Source: an uncultured beta proteobacterium (lineage in GTDB: Bacteria; Pseudomonadota; Gammaproteobacteria; Burkholderiales; SG8-41). Taken from it: DNA of 64,000 bases. Both the position numbers and the translations under genes were made by a program. The first letter of the stretch is position 1, and each line of letters opens with the position of its first letter. Shown here one piece after another: positions 23,129-34,566 of this stretch. Where the stretch lies: contig CAWHHJ010000012.1 of NCBI GenBank assembly GCA_963829085.1, forward strand, positions 267,845-331,844, in the 5' to 3' direction. The notes beneath the pieces were generated by a model that saw only the letters and a program-made list of their open reading frames with translations, was not told where the DNA came from and ran no database searches.

Positions 23129-24692
23129 ATGCTGCGGAAACTGCTTACCGGTCTGCTTCACAAAGGCCGTCGCGCCGAGGTATCAACGGACGCTGCCGCG
23201 GATGATGGTCGCCGAGTCGAGGCGGACACTGGATCTTGCACGCAGCTCCTCTCGAGCGCTGAAGCGGCGGCGAAAGCCGGGCGCCTTGCCACCGCCATCG
23301 AATATTACCGCGCATGTGCAGAAGCTTATCCAGATACGCTCGACGCACATCTGGGCATGGCAAGTGTACTGGTTGATCTGTGGTGTCTCGACGAGGCGGT
23401 CAGCGCCTACCGCAGAGCATTGGAATTGTCCCCAGCCTCGGGTGCAATCTGGTCTGCGCTTCTCTTTCACTCTCACTATTTATGTGCTGTCGAACCACGG
23501 GCGATGTTCGAGCTCCATCGCCGCTATGGCGAGTTAATGCGGCGGCCCGGTCTTCCACACGCCGGGATCGCGCGGAAGGCCGATGATGGCACCCGCCGCT
23601 TACGTATAGGCTATGTGTCACCGAATTTTTCCCGCCATTCGGTCGGCTACTTCATAGAACCGGTAATCCGGTGTCACGACCGCGCCCGGTTTGAAATTTT
23701 CTGCTATTACTCTCACCGGCTGTCCGACGAAACAACGCAGCGCATCCGGACCTTTGCCGATGGCTGGCGCGATATTGCGGGTCTTGCCGACGCTTCCATC
23801 ATAAAAATGATAGGCGACGACAGAATCGATATTCTCGTTGACCTTGCGGGACACTCAAAAGGGAATCACCTTGGCGTGTTTGCGGCCAAGCCGGCGCCGG
23901 TTCAGATAACGTGGCTTGGCTATCCGGACACCACTGGTCTTGACGCCATGGATTACCGGGTAACTGACAAAGTGGCTGATCCCGTCGCAACCGCTGACGC
24001 GTTGAGTACCTGAGCGCCTGCTGCGAATCGACGATTGCTTCCTGTGTTATCAACCGCCGGCCGACAGCCCGCTGGTCGGCAAGCGCGCACCCGAGTCAGC
24101 CGTCGTGTTTTGTTCGTTCAATAGCCTGCCCAAGGTTACTGAGCCGATGCTAAAAATCTGGTCACGTATTCTGTCAGCAGTGCCCCGTTCCAGGCTGGCC
24201 CTCAAAGCGGCGGCGTTAAGTTTTCCGGATACCGTAGATCGCGTTACTGACGCGCTGGACCGCAGCGGCATCGACCCGTCACGCGTCGAGTTACGCGGCT
24301 GGGTCACCCGTCGCGAAGATCATCTCGAGCGCTATCAATCAATCGACGTCGCCCTCGACACGTTTCCCTACAACGGCACGACGACAACGTGTGAGGCGCT
24401 GTGGATGGGTGTGCCGGTGGTGACACTCGCCGGCGACGTCCACATGTCGCGCGTGGGCGCCAGCATTCTGACGTGCGTTGGATTGCGCGAACTCGTCGCA
24501 AGCGACGCGCAGAGCTATACAGATATTGCGATTGCGCTCGCGGGCGATCCGATGCGCCGGGAGGAACTGCGCGCGAGCTTGCGTGAGCGGCTGACTGCAT
24601 CGCCACTGCTCGACCACTCGGCATTCACCCGCAAGTTGGAGAACCACTTCGCTATGAGTTGGGCCGGCCGCGCGACGGCTGAGCAAGTTTGA
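23129..24692 (+). pseudogene. TPR-repeat / GT41 (SPINDLY-type O-GlcNAc-transferase-like) glycosyltransferase, frame break near 24011
   Basis: Track ORFs 23129..24013 and 24105..24692 join after removing one base: ...VADPVATADALST|ERLLRIDDCFLCYQPPADSPLVGKRAPESAVVFCSFNSLPKVTEPMLKIWSRIL. The N-terminal part has TPRs. The C-terminal part has the GT41 pattern (DTFPYNGTTTTCEALWMGVPVVTL). Confidence 0.75.
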
Positions 24693-24723
24693 CCCGGCTG
24701 TCCGGTTCCCAGAACCGAAACAG

Positions 24724-25155
24724 TTACCGGCGCTTGGTGTCCGCCGCGTCCTCGAGATAAGGCTGGCATCTCCTTCCCTGGGGATCGGCGCGCAGGTGGT
24801 AAACATGGCCATCGCGCAGCTCGACCTGCATCAGGACATCTTGCGGAAAATATCGATAGTCGACGTATAACCCGCAAGCGACCGTTAGCTCATAGCTCCC
24901 GGGTGTTAGACGCGTCACGTTCTGGCCGAAAGCGATTTTTTGCTGATTCGCCTTGGCCACGAACAGACTGCTGACACGAGTTCCCTCCGAAGGCTCAAGG
25001 GCAGCGCGCGCATTCTCCACAGCGGTACTGCCGAACCCGACGATAAGCGCACGGCCCGGCTCGGCATTGACCGCGGCGGCTTCGTTCGAGATCTGCTTTG
25101 CGGCACAACCTCCGAGCCATATGCAGACGCTAACGACCAGCGCCATGGATTTCAT
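24724..25155 (-). CDS. hypothetical lipoprotein
   Basis: 143 aa with signal peptide and lipobox MKSMALVVSVCIWLGGC|AAK. AGGAAG Shine-Dalgarno upstream. No family recognised. Confidence 0.6.
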   Translation of the reverse strand: MKSMALVVSVCIWLGGCAAKQISNEAAAVNAEPGRALIVGFGSTAVENARAALEPSEGTRVSSLFVAKANQQKIAFGQNVTRLTPGSYELTVACGLYVDYRYFPQDVLMQVELRDGHVYHLRADPQGRRCQPYLEDAADTKRR

Positions 25156-25340
25156 GTCTTGTCTTCCTGTCGCCGCACGAGCGGTGCGGTGGATTCTATC
25201 AAACCGCGCTTAACACCTGACGGACGACCGATTTTCTTATCGAGCATTGCATATGGCTGCATCACCGGAGAAACGATCATCCGCCTGCGAAGCGATATTA
25301 CCCGTTGGGTTATAATTTTAGGCTTTGCTGCTATCCGCAC

Positions 25341-26408
25341 ATGCTAAGAACAGACGATCTACGCATACTTGAGATAAAAGAACTGGTCTCTCCGGTCAGT
25401 GTCCTCGGCGAGTACCCGCTTTCCGATAAGGCGGCACGGCTTACCTACGAGACACGTCAGGCCATTCACCGTATTCTGCACGGCGCGGATGATCGCCTGC
25501 TCGTAATCACGGGGCCATGTTCCATCCATGATGTCGCTGCTGCCAGGGAATATGCGGCGAAACTCAAAGAGGTGAAGACCAAACTCGCCAATGACCTGGT
25601 GATCGTGATGCGCGTTTATTTCGAGAAGCCGCGCACCACCATTGGCTGGAAGGGACTCATCAATGATCCCAAGCTCGACGGCAGTTTCAGCATCAACGAA
25701 GGCATACGCGTCGCGCGTGACCTGCTGCTTAATCTTAACGAACTCGGCATGCCGGCGGGCTGTGAGTTTCTTGACATGATAACGCCGCAATATATAGCCG
25801 ACCTTGTTTCATGGGGCGCCATCGGTGCGCGCACAACCGAGAGCCAGATCCACCGCGAGCTCGCGTCCGGACTCTCATGTCCGGTCGGATTCAAGAACGG
25901 CACTGACGGCAATATCAAAATTGCAGTCGACGCCATACGCGCCGCACAGGCGCCGCATCATTTCCTGTCGGTCACGAAGGCCGGGCACTCGGCTATTGTC
26001 TCGACTGCGGGCAACGAAGATTGCCATATCATCCTGCGCGGCGGCAAAGCGCCCAACTATGATGCGCCGAGCGTCGAGGCGGCCGCCAAAGGGCTCGCCG
26101 AGGCGGGTCTCGCGCAGCGACTCATGATCGATTTCAGCCATGCGAATTCGAGCAAGAATCCGCAGAAACAAGTAGAAGTTGGCCAGGATGTGGCGCGCCA
26201 ACTGGCGGACGGTGACGACCGCATCTTCGGCGTCATGGTCGAGAGCCATTTGAAGGCAGGCCGTCAGGATCTGACGCCCGGCAAGCCGCTCGTATATGGT
26301 CAAAGCATCACAGATGGCTGCATCAGTTGGGAAGACAATCGGCGGTTGCTTGATTCCCTGGCGGAGGGAGTGCGTGCCCGCCGCGTCAAGCTGCTTGAAG
26401 CGGAGTAG
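25341..26408 (+). CDS. aroG: class I 3-deoxy-7-phosphoheptulonate (DAHP) synthase
   Basis: Start MLRTDDLRILEIKELVSP inside track ORF 25305..26408. Motifs: GPCSIHD, KPRTTIGWKGLINDP, GARTTESQIHRELASGLSCPVGFKNGTDG. The feedback isozyme (Phe, Tyr or Trp) cannot be told from sequence, so the symbol is nominal. Confidence 0.93.
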   Translation: MLRTDDLRILEIKELVSPVSVLGEYPLSDKAARLTYETRQAIHRILHGADDRLLVITGPCSIHDVAAAREYAAKLKEVKTKLANDLVIVMRVYFEKPRTTIGWKGLINDPKLDGSFSINEGIRVARDLLLNLNELGMPAGCEFLDMITPQYIADLVSWGAIGARTTESQIHRELASGLSCPVGFKNGTDGNIKIAVDAIRAAQAPHHFLSVTKAGHSAIVSTAGNEDCHIILRGGKAPNYDAPSVEAAAKGLAEAGLAQRLMIDFSHANSSKNPQKQVEVGQDVARQLADGDDRIFGVMVESHLKAGRQDLTPGKPLVYGQSITDGCISWEDNRRLLDSLAEGVRARRVKLLEAE

Positions 26409-26471
26409 CAAGCGAACCAATCAGCGGCGCGTCGCTGTCTTTCCCTGATTGTCAGCGCCGGCGCACGTCCG

Positions 26472-27356
26472 ATGCGCGCGATATTCATCAGTCTACTTGG
26501 CGTTTGCGCGGCGGGTATCATCAACGCCGCACAACTCACTGCTACCGACGATCGCGGAACGCAGATCGCTTTGCCGGATAGACCGGCGCGCATCGTCGCG
26601 CTGGCACCTTCAGTAACCGAATTGCTGTTTGCGGCAGGCGCGGGCGAAAAGATCGTCGGCGTCGCCCGTTATAGCGATTTTCCAGCGGCGGCTGCTCGCA
26701 TTGCGCAGGTTGGCGATGCGTCGCGTATCGATCTTGAGCGCGTGTTGAGTCTGCGGCCTGATCTTGTCGTCGCCTGGAAAAGCGGCAATCACGCTGCAGA
26801 TATCGAAAGTCTCGAGCGCCTGGGCATTACTGTATTTGTGGCCGAACCAGAAACTCTTGCGGCGATTTCCCGGCTGGTGCGAACGTTTGGCATGCTGGCA
26901 GGAACTGATGCGGCAAAAACGGCAGCAGCACAATTCGAGTCGGGCATAGCTGCGTTGGGGGTCCGGTATAAGAAGCGGCCCGCCGTTCGCGTCTTTTATG
27001 AGATATGGCACGAGCCGCTCATCACCGTAAACGGGCGCCATGTCATCAGTGACGTGATTTCGCTGTGCGGAGGCAGCAACATCTTTTCTGCGGTACCCGT
27101 GTTGACGCCGATCGTCTCACTCGAGAGTGTGATGGCGGCGGGGCCCGATGTTGTTCTCGGCGGAAGCTCCGCCATGACACCGGGAGACTTCTCGAGCCAT
27201 TGGCGCGACTACGCCAAATATGCCGCCCTGCGTGACGTGCAAGCGCGTTTCGTCGCGCCTGACACCATACAGCGCCAGAGCTTACGCCTGGTCGAGGGCG
27301 CGGCGGCCGTTTGCGCGCACCTCGACGAGATACGCTCTCTCAAACAGTTGCATTAA
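26472..27356 (+). CDS. periplasmic cobalamin/siderophore-type binding protein (BtuF-like, PBP cluster 8)
   Basis: 294 aa with signal peptide MRAIFISLLGVCAAGIINA. RIVALAPSVTELLFAAGAGEKIVGV...PDLVVAW is the Peripla_BP_2 pattern. The neighbour is a corrinoid adenosyltransferase. Confidence 0.75.
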   Translation: MRAIFISLLGVCAAGIINAAQLTATDDRGTQIALPDRPARIVALAPSVTELLFAAGAGEKIVGVARYSDFPAAAARIAQVGDASRIDLERVLSLRPDLVVAWKSGNHAADIESLERLGITVFVAEPETLAAISRLVRTFGMLAGTDAAKTAAAQFESGIAALGVRYKKRPAVRVFYEIWHEPLITVNGRHVISDVISLCGGSNIFSAVPVLTPIVSLESVMAAGPDVVLGGSSAMTPGDFSSHWRDYAKYAALRDVQARFVAPDTIQRQSLRLVEGAAAVCAHLDEIRSLKQLH

Positions 27357-27433
27357 ACGCGCACAACGCATCAAACCGGAGGTGCTTTCGAAAGCTAAGT
27401 GAAACGCACAACCGAAATGTATGCGCGCAGCGC

Positions 27434-27993
27434 TTATCCGCGGCGGTTTTTTCCTTGCTGCCAGTAAACGTCTTCGCCACCCGCGTGACGGTTCAAAACG
27501 CGTGCAAGCACGAATAGCAGGTCCGACAAACGATTCAGGTACGGCAGCATTGGCGGCGGTACGGACTCGACCGTCGAGAGCGTATAAAGCTCGCGCTCGG
27601 CGCGCCGGCACACCGTGCGTGCGACATGCGCCAGCCCGCGGCGGCCCGGGAGCCGCCCGGCAGAATAAAATCTTTCAGTGGCGGCAAGCCGGCGTTGAAT
27701 GTGTCGAGCGCATCTTCGAGCCGCTTGCTGTGCGCTTCGCTGACTATCGTGTGGCCGGGCATGCTCAATTCGCCACCGAGGTCGAAGAGATCGTGCTGCA
27801 CGTCGCTCAGACAGGCGCGGACATGCGGGGGCAAATCCTCGCATAGCAGCAGGCCGCTGATGCTGTTCAATTCGTCGACCGTACCGATTACCTGGATACG
27901 CGGTGCGTCTTTGGACACGCGCGAGCCGTCGGCAAGTCCTGTCGCGCCGCTGTCGCCGGTGCGGGTATATATCCTGGTCAGACGGTTCGCCAT
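27434..27993 (-). pseudogene. PduO-type ATP:cob(I)alamin adenosyltransferase, frame break near 27635
   Basis: Start MANRLTRIYTRTGDSGATGLADGSRVSKD...ILPGGSRAAA in ORF 27535..28029. It continues as (G)LAHVARTVCRRAERELYTL...LPYLNRLSDLLFVLAR in ORF 27434..27844. This is the only break in the window that behaves as -1 (or +2). Confidence 0.85.
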
Positions 27994-28085
27994 AGGCGGA
28001 TTATGACATTGCGAAGCTACGCGCGGCACGCGCCGCCGCTACAATACGGTTCGCGTCATGTGATGAGACATCCGCCGAATCGCTA

Positions 28086-29031
28086 ATGATTAATAACAAA
28101 CGTCGCTACGGGCTCATGGTGGTTGCGGTGGTGCTCATCACACTTCCTATGACTGCATTGGCAGCGGCCGCTACGAGTGCTGCGATCGCCTGGTGGATCT
28201 GGCCGCTTGCACTGTTTCTCGTGTGCTTCATTCTTGGCATGGTTGCTGTGCCGGCGGGCGTCGGCGGCGGAGTGCTGTTCGTGCCGATCGTCAGCGGTTT
28301 CTTCCCTTTCCACATTGACTTCGTGCGCGGCGCCGGCCTGCTCGTCGCACTCGCGAGCGCACTCGCTGCCGGCCCCGGTCTGCTGCGCGCCGGACTTGCG
28401 GACTTACGCCTTGCGTTGCCGCTCGCGCTGGTTGCCTCCGCGAGCTCCATCGCCGGAGCACTGATTGGTCTTTCACTGTCGCCGCAGTTGGTGCAAACCG
28501 CGCTCGGCATCACAATCCTCGGCATCGTTGTACTCATGTGGCGCTCGAAACGATCCGAATTCCCGCACGTACCAGCCCCGGATGCGTGGTCGTCGGCGCT
28601 GCGCATCAACGGCGTCTTTTACGATGCAGCCTCGAAGCGCGACGTTGCATGGCACGTGCATCGGACGCCTGCCGGACTCGCAATCTTCGTGGGAATCGGC
28701 ATCCTTGCCGGCGTCTTCGGCCTCGGAGCGGGCTGGGCCAACGTTCCCGCCCTCAATCTGGTGATGGGCGCTCCGTTGCGTCTATCTGCCGGGCACCAGT
28801 GGGTTCATTTTGTCGATCGTTGATTCCGCGGCTGCATGGGTGTACATCAACGAAGGGGCGCTGCTCGCCATCATTGCAGCGCCTTCGGTTATCGGCATGA
28901 TGCTCGGCGCTTTTATCGGCGCACGCCTGCTGAAAGTTCTCAAAGCTTCAACGATTCGCAAACTTGTGATAACGATGCTGCTGCTGGCTGGTACACGCGC
29001 CTTTCTGAAGGGAACCGGCTTGTGGACATGA
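28086..29031 (+). pseudogene. TSUP-family (TauE/SafE) anion exporter, frame break near 28794
   Basis: Track ORFs 28086..28823 and 28810..29031 join as ...NLVMGAPLRLSAG|TSGFILSIVDSAAAWVYINEGALL... The result is a polytopic membrane protein with GVGGGVLFVP motifs. Confidence 0.8.
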
Positions 29032-29450
29032 AGCGTCATGCAGGCGCACCGGGCGTATCGATCGAACAATTGCGCTACGCGCGCGTATTGAATTTCGGCA
29101 TGCGCTTCGGTCTCTACACACTGTTATTCAGCTTTGCGTTATACGTGTTCGATGTCGTGCCTGCGCACATCGCGCTCGAGCGGCTGCCAGAGCTGTGGAC
29201 ACTTTCGGCTCCCGCATATTTGCGCGAGACGGGAATACCTGACGGCTGGGCCTGGATCACCATGGTGAATCACGGCGACATGCTGCCGATTCTCGGCATC
29301 GCGATATTGTCCGGTGTGTCCGTAGCCTGCTTTCTATCGTTGCTGCCGCTGCTGCATGCACAACGCGATTGGGTCTACGTGGCAATCGCCGTCTGTGAGA
29401 TCGGGGTGCTGACACTCGCCGCGTCGGGCGTTCTCACCGGCGGCCATTGA
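29028..29450 (+). CDS. DUF1634 membrane protein
   Basis: ATG 29028 overlaps the TSUP stop (ATGA). MKRHAGAPGVSIEQLRYARVLNFGMRFGLYTLLF... has four TM helices. TauE/SafE and DUF1634 are a common gene pair. The first ~64 aa of track ORF 28836..29450 are out-of-frame overlap. Confidence 0.75.
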   Translation: MKRHAGAPGVSIEQLRYARVLNFGMRFGLYTLLFSFALYVFDVVPAHIALERLPELWTLSAPAYLRETGIPDGWAWITMVNHGDMLPILGIAILSGVSVACFLSLLPLLHAQRDWVYVAIAVCEIGVLTLAASGVLTGGH

Positions 29451-29543
29451 ACAGAGCGATTCGGCGTCCGCCCTGCGGCGCCGTGAGTGCGATTTCCGGT
29501 ATAATCGCGCGAGTTTTCTGCGATATCCGGGAAGAACTCACGA

Positions 29544-29882
29544 ATGAAGATGCGCCATAGGATAATTGCAGTGATGGCCGGCATGCTTGCTGTCGGAACT
29601 GCGCTCGCTGACGGCGATGCCGCGGCCGGCAGGCATAAGACCGCCATGTGCGAAGGCTGTCACGGCATTCCGTATTACAAGACGGCGTTCCCATCGGTGT
29701 ATCGGGTGCCGAAGCTGGGCGGCCAGCACGCTGCCTATATTGTCAGCGCCCTCAAAGAGTACAAGGCAGGTGATCGCAGCCATCCCTCAATGCGTGCAAT
29801 TGCGGCGAGTCTGAGCGAACAGGATATGGCAGATCTCGCGGCGTACTACGCATCGAACGATGCGAAAACGGCCGGCAAATGA
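29544..29882 (+). CDS. monohaem c-type cytochrome (class I, c4/c552-like)
   Basis: 112 aa with a signal peptide and haem motif CEGCHG. It has the distal PSMRAIA region typical of class I cytochromes. Confidence 0.85.
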   Translation: MKMRHRIIAVMAGMLAVGTALADGDAAAGRHKTAMCEGCHGIPYYKTAFPSVYRVPKLGGQHAAYIVSALKEYKAGDRSHPSMRAIAASLSEQDMADLAAYYASNDAKTAGK

Positions 29883-29911
29883 CATTCAGAAATCGACATG
29901 CAGGAATTGAC

Positions 29912-30226
29912 ATGCGAAAGCTTCTGATCATTGCAGCAGCCATGCTGGTAAGCGCACCTGCCCTTGCGGGTGACGCTGCGGCAGGCAAGGAGAAATCCAA
30001 GGTGTGCGCTGCCTGCCATGGTGAAAACGGCGTCAGCCAGGCTCCGGACTTTCCCAAGCTTGCCGGCCAGTATGATGATTACATCGTGCGCGCGTTGAAC
30101 GACTACAAGTCGGGTGCACGGAAAAATCCGATCATGGCCGCGCAGGTCGCCAATCTGAAACGCGAAGACATCGCTGATCTTGCAGCGTACTATGCGAGCC
30201 AGTCCGCATTATCGACAAAACACTGA
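29912..30226 (+). CDS. monohaem c-type cytochrome (class I, c4/c552-like)
   Basis: Start MRKLLIIAAAMLVSAPALA with haem motif CAACHG. It is a paralogue of the preceding gene; both end ...DLAAYYAS. Confidence 0.85.
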   Translation: MRKLLIIAAAMLVSAPALAGDAAAGKEKSKVCAACHGENGVSQAPDFPKLAGQYDDYIVRALNDYKSGARKNPIMAAQVANLKREDIADLAAYYASQSALSTKH

Positions 30227-30254
30227 AGTATTAGTCTAGAGAAAACGCGAATAC

Positions 30255-30283
30255 CGCCGGACATAGCGTCCGGCGTTTTTTTT
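30255..30283 (+). terminator. rho-independent terminator after the cytochrome c pair
   Basis: Hairpin CGCCGGAC (30255-62) / GTCCGGCG (30268-75) with a 5-nt loop, followed by T8 (30276-83). Confidence 0.8.
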
Positions 30284-30335
30284 GTGCCCCGCCGCCAACG
30301 CGAACGGTCCACCGTAATGCCAACGCCTGGCGCTG

Positions 30336-30764
30336 TTATTTGCGGTATTTTTTAGTTAGGCAATCCAGATACAGCGTCGAGTCGGGCGGACTCCCTGTGC
30401 GTTGCGCTTGCCACAAGGTCTCGCCGAGACACTCGAGTAGTTCATGTTTGGCATCGTGTTCGGAGCCGGCTGCGGCCGCGATCCGCTCGTATTCAGCGCG
30501 CAAGCCAGGGGGCTGGTCGATGGACAACTGCTCTTCTATGGCGAGATGCAGCCCGAGGTGGAGGAACGGATTGATAGCGCCATCAGCGGGCGAATAGTCG
30601 CGCTCGAGCGATTGTCTGTCCTCTAGCAAGCGATGATATTCGGGATGTGAAGCAATCACATCCACTGCGATGCGCTCTAACCCACTCAATGGCGCGCTGC
30701 TGCGATATTTCTCCCACGCATCGAAAAACAACTGCCGGGCCTGGTCTCGTGACGGGGTGAACAT
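30336..30764 (-). CDS. DUF1841 family protein
   Basis: 142 aa. MFTPSRDQARQLFFDAWEKYR...NPFLHLGLHLAIEEQLSIDQP is the characteristic DUF1841 pattern. Confidence 0.8.
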   Translation of the reverse strand: MFTPSRDQARQLFFDAWEKYRSSAPLSGLERIAVDVIASHPEYHRLLEDRQSLERDYSPADGAINPFLHLGLHLAIEEQLSIDQPPGLRAEYERIAAAAGSEHDAKHELLECLGETLWQAQRTGSPPDSTLYLDCLTKKYRK

Positions 30765-30834
30765 TGCGGGGATCGATTGATGGACAGTTGGTGGCGGTAG
30801 ACATTGCCACGTCTAAATCGGACAGTGCTGACCC

Positions 30835-31471
30835 TCACGGCGGAGTCTTATGCCGGAATTCGCATAAATCGTTGATGAGACATCCGGGGCAATCAGGGCT
30901 GCGCGCCGTGCACACATATCGCCCGTGAAGAATCAGCCAGTGATGTGCATTATGCAAGAATTCAGGCGGAACAAACTTCAATAGCTTCTGCTCGACCACG
31001 ACGACGTCCTTGCCGGGTGCTATGCCGGTGCGATTGGCGACGCGAAAAATATGCGTGTCGACCGCCATGGTTGGCTGTCCGAACGCGACATTCAAAACCA
31101 CATTCGCAGTTTTCCTGCCAACTCCAGGCAGCTTTTCGAGCGCTTCACGGGTTTGCGGAACCTGCCCGTCATGCTGGTCGATAAGGAGACGGCAGGTAGC
31201 GATGATATTTTTCGCCTTCATGCGGTAGAGGCCGATACGCTTGATGTACTGCTCCAGTCCGGTCGTGCCGAGCGCAAGGATTGCCTGGGGTGTGCCGGCA
31301 GTACCGATAAAGCTCGCGCGTGGCGATGTTGACGCTTTTATCGGTCGCCTGCGCAGACAGAATCACTGCGATGAGCAGCTCGAACGGGGTCCGATACTCG
31401 AGCTCAGTACACGGCTCGGGATTCGCCTCGCGAAACCGCGTGAAAATGGCCATGCGCTTCGACGGATTCAT
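30835..31471 (-). pseudogene. nth: endonuclease III (Nth), frame break near 31303
   Basis: ORF 31169..31471 (MNPSKRMAIFTRFREANPEPCTELEYRTPFELLIAVILSAQATDKSVNIATRELYR) joins ORF 30835..31221 through TAGTPQAILALGTTGLEQYIKRIGLYRMKAKNII... The HhH-GPD motif LPGVGRKTANVVL and the 4Fe-4S cluster C-x6-C-x2-C-x5-C are intact. Confidence 0.9.
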
Positions 31472-31590
31472 GAATCCTTTTCAGCTTACGATACGTCGAT
31501 TCCGCATAGCAAAACGCGACCTTATCAAAAAGTCACAACACGCGATCGTTCAGTCTTATGTGTTCAGCCAACCAAGCAGCACGGGCGCTA

Positions 31591-32262
31591 TCAAGCACGC
31601 GGCTCTTTGGGGCTCGTGTCGCTGGCCGCGGCGTTTTGCTCGTTGGCCGGTTTGTGTTGCGCGAGCCGCTCACGCGCGCGTTCCATCGCACGTTGAACGA
31701 GCTCCTTATTCACCGCGCTGCCGAAGGCGTCAGTGCGTGCGACTGCCGGCTCGCGGATTGGTTTCGATTGCCTACGCGCTTCGCGGCGATCAAACCGCAA
31801 CCGCGCGCGTGTGGCCATCGCCCGCTGCTCAACTCGATTCAGCGGCTTTATCACCTGCATTGTGATGCAATCGACAGGACACGGCGGGAGACACAGCTCA
31901 CAACCGGTGCATGCATTAGCAAGGATTGTATGCATAAGCTTTGCCGCACCGACGATCGCATCGACGGGACAAGCCTCGATGCAAAGTGTGCATCCAATGC
32001 AGCGCACCTCATCGATTATGGCGACAGCGGGCGGTCGGGCAGCACCATATCGGGGATCCAGTGGCTTGACTTGGACGCCGAGCAGGTCGGCAAGCGCCGC
32101 CGCCGTCTCGTCGCCGCCAGGCGGGCACTGATTGATATCCGCGGTGCCGGAAGCGACCGCATTGGCGTATGCGCCACAGTTTGGATACCCGCATGCACGG
32201 CACTGCGTCTGCGGTAACAGCGCATCGATATCCACCCCGAGCCCGTCCTTGTGGCGCGTCAT
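31591..32262 (-). CDS. rnfB: RnfB/RsxB-like 4Fe-4S ferredoxin
   Basis: 223 aa. N-terminal cluster [13 protein letters not shown]...CPPGG plus two ferredoxin motifs, [12 protein letters not shown] and [12 protein letters not shown]. It sits in the conserved position upstream of nth. Confidence 0.85.
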   Translation of the reverse strand: MTRHKDGLGVDIDALLPQTQCRACGYPNCGAYANAVASGTADINQCPPGGDETAAALADLLGVQVKPLDPRYGAARPPAVAIIDEVRCIGCTLCIEACPVDAIVGAAKLMHTILANACTGCELCLPPCPVDCITMQVIKPLNRVEQRAMATRARLRFDRREARRQSKPIREPAVARTDAFGSAVNKELVQRAMERARERLAQHKPANEQNAAASDTSPKEPRA

Positions 32263-33371
32263 GCCAGCGCGTCCATCGCGGATACGTATGGGCGCTTAAC
32301 GTCTGCTGCCAGGTGCGGGAGCGTGACTTGGCCGGCGTGAACCTGCAATCCATTGCGCAAACCTTCGTTGGCAGCAAGCGCTACGCGTAAACCTTGCGAT
32401 GCGAGCTCGACCGCGTAAGGAAGTGTTGCATGCGTCAATGCCAGGGTCGCGGTCCGCGCGACTGCGGAGGGGATGTTCGGGACACAGTAATGCACGACGC
32501 CGGCATCCACATAAAACGGATTCGAGTGTGATGTAGGCCGCGAGGTGGTCGAGATGCCGCCCTGATCAATGCCGACATCGACCAGGACCGATCCGCGCCG
32601 CATCGCTGCCACATCAGCGCGCTGAATAAGCTTGGGCGACAGTTTGCCCGGTACCAATACTGCACCGATCACGACATCAGCATCGCGCACCAGCGTCTGC
32701 AATGCTTGCGGCTCGCAATAGACCGTTTTAAGGCGAGCGCCGAAAACATTCTCGAGCAGATGCAAACGTGCAGTGCTTTGCTCGAGCACCGTGACGTCAG
32801 CGCCTATGCCGACGGCGACGCGCGCTGCATTCGTGCCGACGCAACCCCCGCCAATGATGACGACCTTGCCGGGCGCAACGCCCGGGACGCCGGACAGCAA
32901 CACACCGCTGCCGCCGTTTGCCATATGCAAACCCCACGCTGCTGCCTGCACGGAAAGCCGTCCTGCGATTTCTGACATCGGCGCCAGCAGTGGCAGGCTG
33001 CCATCGGCTGCAGTCACCGTTTCATACGCGATGCAGCTTGCCTTGGAGTCCAGCATCGCCTTCAACAATGGCGGGTCAGGGGCGAGATGCTGGTAACAAA
33101 AAAGCAACTGCCCGGCGTGCGTGAGCGCGTATTCTGCCGGCTGTAGTTCTTTTACTTTAATGACCAGCTCGCTTGCATAGACGGCCTGCGCGGTCTTCAC
33201 AACCTCAGCGCCCGCCGACGCATAGGCGTCGTCGTGGAATCCGATTGTGCTACCCGCGCCGGTCTCCACTCGCACCGCGTGTCCTGCAGCCACGAGCAGG
33301 TGCACACCTGCCGGAGTCGCGCCGACGCGATATTCCTGATCCTTGATCTCCCTGGGAACGCCGATCAGCAT
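32259..33371 (-). CDS. ald: alanine dehydrogenase
   Basis: 370 aa. [23 protein letters not shown]...APMSEIAGR...[28 protein letters not shown]. The stop overlaps the rnfB-like start by 4 nt. Confidence 0.88.
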   Translation of the reverse strand: MLIGVPREIKDQEYRVGATPAGVHLLVAAGHAVRVETGAGSTIGFHDDAYASAGAEVVKTAQAVYASELVIKVKELQPAEYALTHAGQLLFCYQHLAPDPPLLKAMLDSKASCIAYETVTAADGSLPLLAPMSEIAGRLSVQAAAWGLHMANGGSGVLLSGVPGVAPGKVVIIGGGCVGTNAARVAVGIGADVTVLEQSTARLHLLENVFGARLKTVYCEPQALQTLVRDADVVIGAVLVPGKLSPKLIQRADVAAMRRGSVLVDVGIDQGGISTTSRPTSHSNPFYVDAGVVHYCVPNIPSAVARTATLALTHATLPYAVELASQGLRVALAANEGLRNGLQVHAGQVTLPHLAADVKRPYVSAMDALA

Positions 33372-33471
33372 GACAATGCTCTTATTCGCGGGCCGACCAT
33401 TTTAGCGCCGTACGAACTGCCGCCTCGCAACGTGCGCGCCGCCCGTGCCGGTTTGACCCCGCTATGGGCGC

Positions 33472-34566
33472 ATGATAGAAGTTGGTCATGCGATTGCGCG
33501 GACGCTAAAAGTCCAGATGGACAAACGGGTCGAACAACTCGCGCAAATCGCCGCGATCGTCATTCTGATTGTTGGTTGCCTGCTCGTTCTGCAGCCTTTC
33601 GTTACCGCCCTCTTGAGTGCGGCCATCATGTGCTTCTCCACGTGGCCGCTGTATAAGCAGATGGAGCGCTTATTCCGCGGCCATCGCTCCATCGCCGCGC
33701 TCTTTATGACCCTGTTGCTAATCGTGATTGTGGTGTTGCCGTTGGCGCTGCTGGCTCTAACGCTGGTGGACAACGTTACCGCTCTGATCGACCAGCTCGA
33801 CAGCTTCTTCGCTAGCGGCCTGCCGCCATTGCCCGACTGGCTGGTGAGCCTGCCCATCATCGGCGACAGCATAGACGGCTGGTGGCGCGAGATGATTGCG
33901 AGCAAGGCAAAGCTAAATGAAACGCTCAGCCGGTTTGCTCAGCCTGCTCAGCAGGCATTGATCAAGACGGGCCTCGTACTTGGCGAGGGCGTGCTCCAGT
34001 TGACGCTGACTGCGCTCATCGGGTTCTTCTTTTATCGGGATGGGGTCGCATTGATGACCGCCGCCAGGTCCGCGACCCAACGAGTAGCCGGCCAACTCGC
34101 GCCCGCGTTATTTGAGACGGTCGGCGGCACCATACAAGGCGTAGTCTATGGGGTCCTCGGCACTGCCATCGCGCAGGGTCTGGTGGCGATGGCTGGACTC
34201 CTTATCGCAGGCGTACCCGGCGCGCTGCTGCTGGGCTTCCTTACCTTTGTGGCATCGATGATGCCGGTGGGTCCGCCGCTCATCTGGGGCGGCGCAGCCG
34301 TCTGGCTCTTTTTTCAGGGGTCGATCGGCTGGGCGATTTTCATGGCGGTATGGGGCTTCTTTATCATCAGCGGCATAGATAACGTCGTAAAGCCGCTGTT
34401 GATCAGCCGCGGCAGCAGCATGCCGTTCCTGCTAGTTATGCTGGGTGTGTTCGGCGGCGTGTACGCTTTCGGATTCGTCGGCATCTTTCTTGGTCCGACG
34501 CTGCTGGCAGTCGCTTTTTCGCTCGCGCGGCTGTGGACAGAGCCGGCGTTGACGCTGCGCACCTAA
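33472..34566 (+). CDS. AI-2E family (PerM/YhhT-like) transporter
   Basis: 364 aa polytopic membrane protein with the conserved C-terminal part [31 protein letters not shown] 33517 (MDKRVEQL) is an alternative start. Confidence 0.8.
   Translation: MIEVGHAIARTLKVQMDKRVEQLAQIAAIVILIVGCLLVLQPFVTALLSAAIMCFSTWPLYKQMERLFRGHRSIAALFMTLLLIVIVVLPLALLALTLVDNVTALIDQLDSFFASGLPPLPDWLVSLPIIGDSIDGWWREMIASKAKLNETLSRFAQPAQQALIKTGLVLGEGVLQLTLTALIGFFFYRDGVALMTAARSATQRVAGQLAPALFETVGGTIQGVVYGVLGTAIAQGLVAMAGLLIAGVPGALLLGFLTFVASMMPVGPPLIWGGAAVWLFFQGSIGWAIFMAVWGFFIISGIDNVVKPLLISRGSSMPFLLVMLGVFGGVYAFGFVGIFLGPTLLAVAFSLARLWTEPALTLRT

Noticed and set aside
26409-26471. Cobalamin riboswitch in front of the BtuF-like gene, or near the PduO-type adenosyltransferase.
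   Set aside because: The intergenic space is only 63 nt, and I could not find a B12-box-like element there.
28836-29027. N-terminal 64 aa of track ORF 28836..29450 (Arg-rich extension of the DUF1634 gene).
   Set aside because: This segment overlaps the C-terminal TM helices of the TSUP exporter in another frame. ATG 29028, coupled to the TSUP stop as ATGA, gives the canonical DUF1634 length.
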